A stretch of 64,000 nucleotides of DNA from a bacterium (lineage in GTDB: Bacteria > UBA8248): contig CBDBZU010000004.1 of assembly GCA_965213625.1 (NCBI GenBank), positions 3,328,001 to 3,392,000 of the forward strand. The letters are read 5' to 3'. This document shows, piece by piece, positions 59,571 through 64,000 of the stretch. Below the pieces are notes generated by a model that made no database searches, had not been told where the DNA came from, and saw only the letters and a program-made list of their open reading frames with translations. The stretch's first letter is position 1. Each line of letters begins with the position of its first letter. The position numbers and the translations under genes are program-made.

Positions 59571-61154
59571 ATGCTGCCAATGCTGATATCCGTTCTTTCC
59601 ATCCTGTTTTTGGCGCTCAGCCCGCTGACCGACGCCCATGCCGCTAAGAGGGGCGGCACCCTAAAGGTCGCCATCGAGGGAGAAGCCGCCAACCTGGACC
59701 CGCTTGGAGTCGGCTTCGGGCGCAAAGTGTACCGCGAGGCAATCGGTTCAGGCCTGGTGCGCCTCGATGATAACTACAACGTCGTCGGGGACTTGGCGAA
59801 GAGTTGGGAAGTCTCCGACGAAGGCCGCGTCATCACCTTCAAGCTTCACCCGGGCGGCACCTACCATGACGGCACGCCGCTCGACGCCGCGTCGGTCAAA
59901 TGGAACTTCGATATCATCAGCGGCAAGGTCGTTCCGACGTGGGTCAAGGAACTGAAGAAAAAAAGCCCGAAATACAAATGGCGAAACATATTCATCGGCT
60001 ACCTCTTCCACATCAACAAGGTGGAAGTGCTCGACAAGTACACCGTGCGCATTCACCAGAACGACGTCGGCAAGGCGATGACGTTCGACGCTATGTCCTC
60101 GGCCTTCTCGCGCTTCGTGCTGGTTTCCCCCAAATCGTACGACATGAATATCGAGAAGTTCAGGCGCCACCCGGTGATGAGCGGCCCGTACAAATTCGTC
60201 GAGTGGAAGCGCAATCGGCACTTCTTCGCCGAGCGGCACAAGGGATACTTCAGAAAGGGCCTGCCCTACCTCGACAGACTCGAGTTCTACTTCATGGCGG
60301 ACGCGAACCAGCGCATGAACGCCCTCGCCGCAGGCGAGATAGACATCATCAACAACCTTCCGTTGCCGCTGTACGCTACGGCGAAGAAGACGACGGGCGT
60401 GAAGGTGCTCGCCGGGCCCCAGACCTTGAACTACGCATTCCCGATAAACAACCAGAGGGCCCCGTGGAAGGACAAGAGGGTTCGAAGGGCGCTTTCCTGC
60501 TTCGGCGTGGACCGCACCCAGATCGTCAAGACCGCGCTGCGTGGGCTCGCCAAGCCGTGGGTGAGCTACTCGCCCGCGGGCGCAAAGGACGCGCTCGATC
60601 TCACCGCCGAGTGCCCCTACGATCCCGCCAAGGCCAAGGCGCTGCTCAAGGAAGCCGGCTACGGATCGGGCGGCAAACCGCTCAAGATCACCCTGACCAC
60701 CAACAACTCGGATCCGGCCCACATCGAGGTGTCACAGGCGCTCAAGCTGCAATTCGCCAAGCTCGGTGTTTCCATGGACATCCGCGTCGTGGACTACGCC
60801 ACCTGGGTCCGCGCCTTCGTGCGCAAGAGAAAACTCCAGCTCACGCTTCAGAACACGCTTTCCTCCCGCACAGCGAACAGCAACTCGCATACCATTCACT
60901 CGAAATCGGGAATCGACTACTACAACATGAAGAACCCAGAGATCGACCGACTGCTCGATCTCTGGCGCTCCACCATCGATCCGAAAAAGCAGATCGGCAT
61001 CAGCCACAAGCTCCAGCGATACATACTGTCGCAGGGGTTTTACCCGAACATAGCGAGCTTCTCCTTCCTGCAGGCCACGAGGTCCGACGTTAAGGGCTTC
61101 ACGAATCTGGGCAAGATGATGCTCGACTACACGTCCGTGTGGCTTGATCGGTAA
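59571..61154 (+). CDS. ABC transporter substrate-binding protein, family 5 (peptide/nickel type)
   Basis: Signal peptide, KRGGTL, LAKSWEVS, HDGTPLDA, YDPAKAKALLKEAG. Confidence 0.95.
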   Translation: MLPMLISVLSILFLALSPLTDAHAAKRGGTLKVAIEGEAANLDPLGVGFGRKVYREAIGSGLVRLDDNYNVVGDLAKSWEVSDEGRVITFKLHPGGTYHDGTPLDAASVKWNFDIISGKVVPTWVKELKKKSPKYKWRNIFIGYLFHINKVEVLDKYTVRIHQNDVGKAMTFDAMSSAFSRFVLVSPKSYDMNIEKFRRHPVMSGPYKFVEWKRNRHFFAERHKGYFRKGLPYLDRLEFYFMADANQRMNALAAGEIDIINNLPLPLYATAKKTTGVKVLAGPQTLNYAFPINNQRAPWKDKRVRRALSCFGVDRTQIVKTALRGLAKPWVSYSPAGAKDALDLTAECPYDPAKAKALLKEAGYGSGGKPLKITLTTNNSDPAHIEVSQALKLQFAKLGVSMDIRVVDYATWVRAFVRKRKLQLTLQNTLSSRTANSNSHTIHSKSGIDYYNMKNPEIDRLLDLWRSTIDPKKQIGISHKLQRYILSQGFYPNIASFSFLQATRSDVKGFTNLGKMMLDYTSVWLDR

Positions 61155-61175
61155 ACCGGCGCGGATGGGGAAGAT

Positions 61176-62123
61176 ATGAGGGCGTACATCATCCGCCGCA
61201 TTTTGTTGCTGATTCCGACGCTGCTCGGAATCACGATGGTGGTCTTCCTGACGATCCAGTCGATCCCGGGCGACCCCATCGAGGCCTACCTCGGCGAGTT
61301 CTACGAGGAGGACGTCGCGGCGGCGCTGCGGAGCCACTACGGCTTGGACCGCCCCATCTATGTGCAATACGTACTCTGGCTCGGCCGTCTGGTCCGGGGG
61401 GACTGGGGAAAGGAAGTCCTCTCGGGCCTGCCGGTCCTCGACCAGATACTCGAACACCTGCCAGTTAGTCTCGAACTCATCCTCGGGGCCATGATCGTGG
61501 CGCTCATGGTGGCGCTTCCAGCGGGGATCATTTCCTCCGTCCGCCCCTACACGCCGAGCGACTACACCGCGATGACCGGAGCGATGGTGGGCATTTCAAC
61601 GCCCGAGTTTTTCGGCGGAATCGTTCTTGTGTTGATCTTTTCGCTGGGCCTTGGCGTTTTACCGGTGCAGGGTTACAAGCCCTGGTCGGCGGGCGTCGGC
61701 GAGCATCTCTCCCACATGGCGCTACCCATACTTACCCTCGGGCTCACCCGGGGCGCCATTCTCACCCGTCTCGTCCGCGGATGCATGCTCGAGGTCGTCG
61801 GGCAGGACTACGTGAACACGGCCCGCTCGAAAGGAGCCGTCGAGTTCGTCGTCATCCTCAGGCACGCGTTCAAGAACGCCCTCATCCCCGTGGTCACGGT
61901 GATGGGCCTTCAGGTGGGCTTCCTCGTCGGAGGCACCATCATCGTCGAAACGATATTTTCCATTCCCGGCCTGGGGCAGTATGGAATCAACGCCATTTCG
62001 AGCAGGGACTACCCGGCCGTGATGGGTTTTATTCTGGTGTCTTCCTCCATTTTCGTGCTGGCGAACCTGACGGTGGATATTCTCTACGCCTATCTCAATC
62101 CGAGAATCCGCTATGAGAACTGA
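61176..62123 (+). CDS. ABC transporter permease (DppB-like)
   Basis: PGDP, DYVNTARSKG, HAFKNALIP, LNPRIR. Confidence 0.95.
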   Translation: MRAYIIRRILLLIPTLLGITMVVFLTIQSIPGDPIEAYLGEFYEEDVAAALRSHYGLDRPIYVQYVLWLGRLVRGDWGKEVLSGLPVLDQILEHLPVSLELILGAMIVALMVALPAGIISSVRPYTPSDYTAMTGAMVGISTPEFFGGIVLVLIFSLGLGVLPVQGYKPWSAGVGEHLSHMALPILTLGLTRGAILTRLVRGCMLEVVGQDYVNTARSKGAVEFVVILRHAFKNALIPVVTVMGLQVGFLVGGTIIVETIFSIPGLGQYGINAISSRDYPAVMGFILVSSSIFVLANLTVDILYAYLNPRIRYEN

Positions 62124-63066
62124 ACCGGAACGGCGCGAAGCCATAACCGCATCCATCGGGCAGGTCGACGGGAAACCCGCATCGACGGTTCTCGATCCGC
62201 TTGCGAGCAACGGTGAGGAGATCGACCATCAAAACATGCTCTCGGTGTTCTGGCGCAGCCTGCGCAGGAGCAAGACGGCCGTCGCCGGGCTCGTCATCGT
62301 GGTCGCCCTCGTCCTGATCGCCATTACGGCCGACATCGTCGCCCCCAATTCATATCAGGACCCTGCCGGGCCGAGCCTGATGCCGCCCTCCCTGAAATTT
62401 CCGTTTGGAACGGACCCGCTGGGCCGCGATATTTTCTCGCGCGTCATCTACGGCACCCGCGTTACGCTTTTCGTGGGTCTCGGCTCCATCGTGCTGGCGG
62501 TCGTTCTGGGCATTCCGCTCGGGGTATGCGCGGGCTATTACGGTAGCTGGTTCGATCTGATCTCGATGCGTTTCATGGATCTCATCCTCGCCTTTCCCAC
62601 GTTCTTGCTTGCCATCGTCATCATGGTCATTCTCGGGCCGAGTACTGCCAACGTGGTTTTGGCGCTCGCCATCGTACGCATTCCCATCTTCGCGCGCGTC
62701 GTGCGGGGTAGCGTTCTGGCCGTTAAGGATCAGGAGTTCGTCGAGGGCGCCCGGAGCGTATCGGCTTCGGACTTCCGGCTGCTCTTCCTGCACGTTCTGC
62801 CGAACTGCCTCGCCCCGCTGATTGTGTCGGCCACCATCTCCATCGCTTTCGCCATCCTGCTCGAGGCGAACCTCTCGTTTCTGGGTCTGGGCTCCCAGCC
62901 TCCGACGCCTTCGTGGGGCTTCGACCTCAAGCAGAACCTGACTTCGCTCGCCGTTCGGCCATTCAACGTCGTGGCGCCCGGACTGGCAATCATGGTGACG
63001 GTGCTCGGCTTCAATCTTTTCGGCGACGGTCTGCGCGACGCGCTGGACCCCAAAACGCGAAACTAA
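62113..63066 (+). CDS. ABC transporter permease (DppC-like)
   Basis: FGTDPLGRD, HVLPN, LSFLGLG, GDGLRDALDP. Confidence 0.95.
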   Translation: MRTEPERREAITASIGQVDGKPASTVLDPLASNGEEIDHQNMLSVFWRSLRRSKTAVAGLVIVVALVLIAITADIVAPNSYQDPAGPSLMPPSLKFPFGTDPLGRDIFSRVIYGTRVTLFVGLGSIVLAVVLGIPLGVCAGYYGSWFDLISMRFMDLILAFPTFLLAIVIMVILGPSTANVVLALAIVRIPIFARVVRGSVLAVKDQEFVEGARSVSASDFRLLFLHVLPNCLAPLIVSATISIAFAILLEANLSFLGLGSQPPTPSWGFDLKQNLTSLAVRPFNVVAPGLAIMVTVLGFNLFGDGLRDALDPKTRN

Positions 63067-63087
63067 TATTACGGGCAAACCCGTGTA

Positions 63088-63372
63088 GGGGTTGTTGAAA
63101 AACCGGCCCTGGCATCTCGTGCGTTTGACGCTCTCTCATCGGTCGCGTCGTATTCTCGTCTTCTATGACCGCCTTATCGACCTCATCCTGAGCAGGTATC
63201 GGAGATCAAACGCGACTGATGAAGGTTTTTTGCATAACCCGTAAAGAGACAATTTTTTTGTAGGTGCCAACCCCTCCTCGGGGTTGTCTCACACATAAAT
63301 TCGTACATGGACGCCCCTACGAAGTCTTTGGCTCCCAAGCAACGATAGACAGGCTCGGAGGCCTGTCCCTAC
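63088..63372. repeat. MITE-like element (63088-63240) followed by GTAG REPs
   Basis: GGGGTTGTTGAAAAA ... TTTTTTGCATAACCC imperfect terminal repeats; GTAGGTGCCAACCCCTCCTCGGGGTTG (63260) and GACAGGCTCGGAGGCCTGTCCCTAC (ends 63372). Confidence 0.65.
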
Positions 63373-63388
63373 CAACTCCCCCTCCAAA

Positions 63389-64000
63389 TCACGCGGCCTG
63401 CCAGATGATCACCACCATCCCGATGAACAACAAGACGGCGCCCACCGTTTTCTGCCAGGTAATCTCCTCCTCCCCCTTGAGCCATATCCGCGCCAGCAGC
63501 AGCGAGAACAGCGGCGCCGTATACACGATGGGGGCGATGATCGACACGTCGCCGTATTGATACGACGTGAAATGGCAGAAAAAAGAAAGCGTGAGAATCG
63601 AGCCTGCCAGCGCGAATCCCTTAACACCCGCCCTGTTGAAGGAGAGGCGCTCGTTATCGGGCAGGAAGGGATAGAACAGGAACAGCACGGGGATGGAGAT
63701 CGCATAGGAAAGCGTGGCCCCCAGCAGCGGTTCGGGCATAATGGTGAGTACCTGTTTTCGGATGGATGCGGCGAAGGCGAACGAGACGGCGTGCGCCATC
63801 GGCATGAGGATGAAAATCCGCCGCCAGGGTTTTTCGCCTTCCCTTTTAAGCGCCAGCAGAACGCATCCCGCAACCACGAATAACGTCGCGCCCAGTACCA
63901 CGGCACCCGGGCGCTCGCCCAGCCAGGCCATCGCCACGAGCGTTGAGAAAAAAGGCGTCACCGTGATGAGCGGCATCGCGCGACCCACCCCGATATAGCT
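63389..64000 (-). CDS. DMT/EamA family transporter, 5'-truncated at window edge
   Basis: TM helices, WLGE, VSIIAPI...PLFSLLLA. Confidence 0.88.
   Translation of the reverse strand, partial: SYIGVGRAMPLITVTPFFSTLVAMAWLGERPGAVVLGATLFVVAGCVLLALKREGEKPWRRIFILMPMAHAVSFAFAASIRKQVLTIMPEPLLGATLSYAISIPVLFLFYPFLPDNERLSFNRAGVKGFALAGSILTLSFFCHFTSYQYGDVSIIAPIVYTAPLFSLLLARIWLKGEEEITWQKTVGAVLLFIGMVVIIWQAA

Noticed and set aside
59748-61093. Alternative-frame ORFs of 324 and 397 aa
   Set aside because: They lie entirely within the clear substrate-binding protein gene and have shadow-ORF composition.

Overview
Bacterial chromosomal window, probably from a Gram-negative heterotroph; the TbpB-like lipoproteins and repeat content resemble uncultured marine or sponge-associated bacteria, but that is inference. 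The left ~36 kb is compact and I found no repeats there. It holds housekeeping and catabolic genes: two MFS paralogs, leuS, mgtE, hflX, an M16 peptidase, a split UxaA/SuyAB-like dehydratase, a two-subunit CoA-transferase-fold enzyme, rlpA, a methylmalonyl-CoA mutase large subunit, AOR and queE. From ~39 kb onward the intergenic DNA is dense in REP-like palindromes. This part carries a broken RAYT transposase, three copies of a small membrane-anchored coiled-coil gene, two TbpB-like surface lipoproteins, an FdrA/DUF1116/carbamate kinase/BMP-ABC cluster and a peptide-type ABC transporter. Top observations: (1) the CoA-transferase alpha subunit has one in-frame TGA followed by a SECIS-like hairpin, making it a candidate novel selenoenzyme; (2) three 61-bp hairpins upstream of the lipoprotein genes each copy the gene's own ribosome-binding site and contain a mini-ORF, suggesting a register-shift translational switch; (3) the RAYT gene is interrupted by its own REP; (4) hflX probably starts at ATC. 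No tRNA, rRNA, CRISPR or cas genes were recognised. All family assignments come from motif recognition, not database searches.
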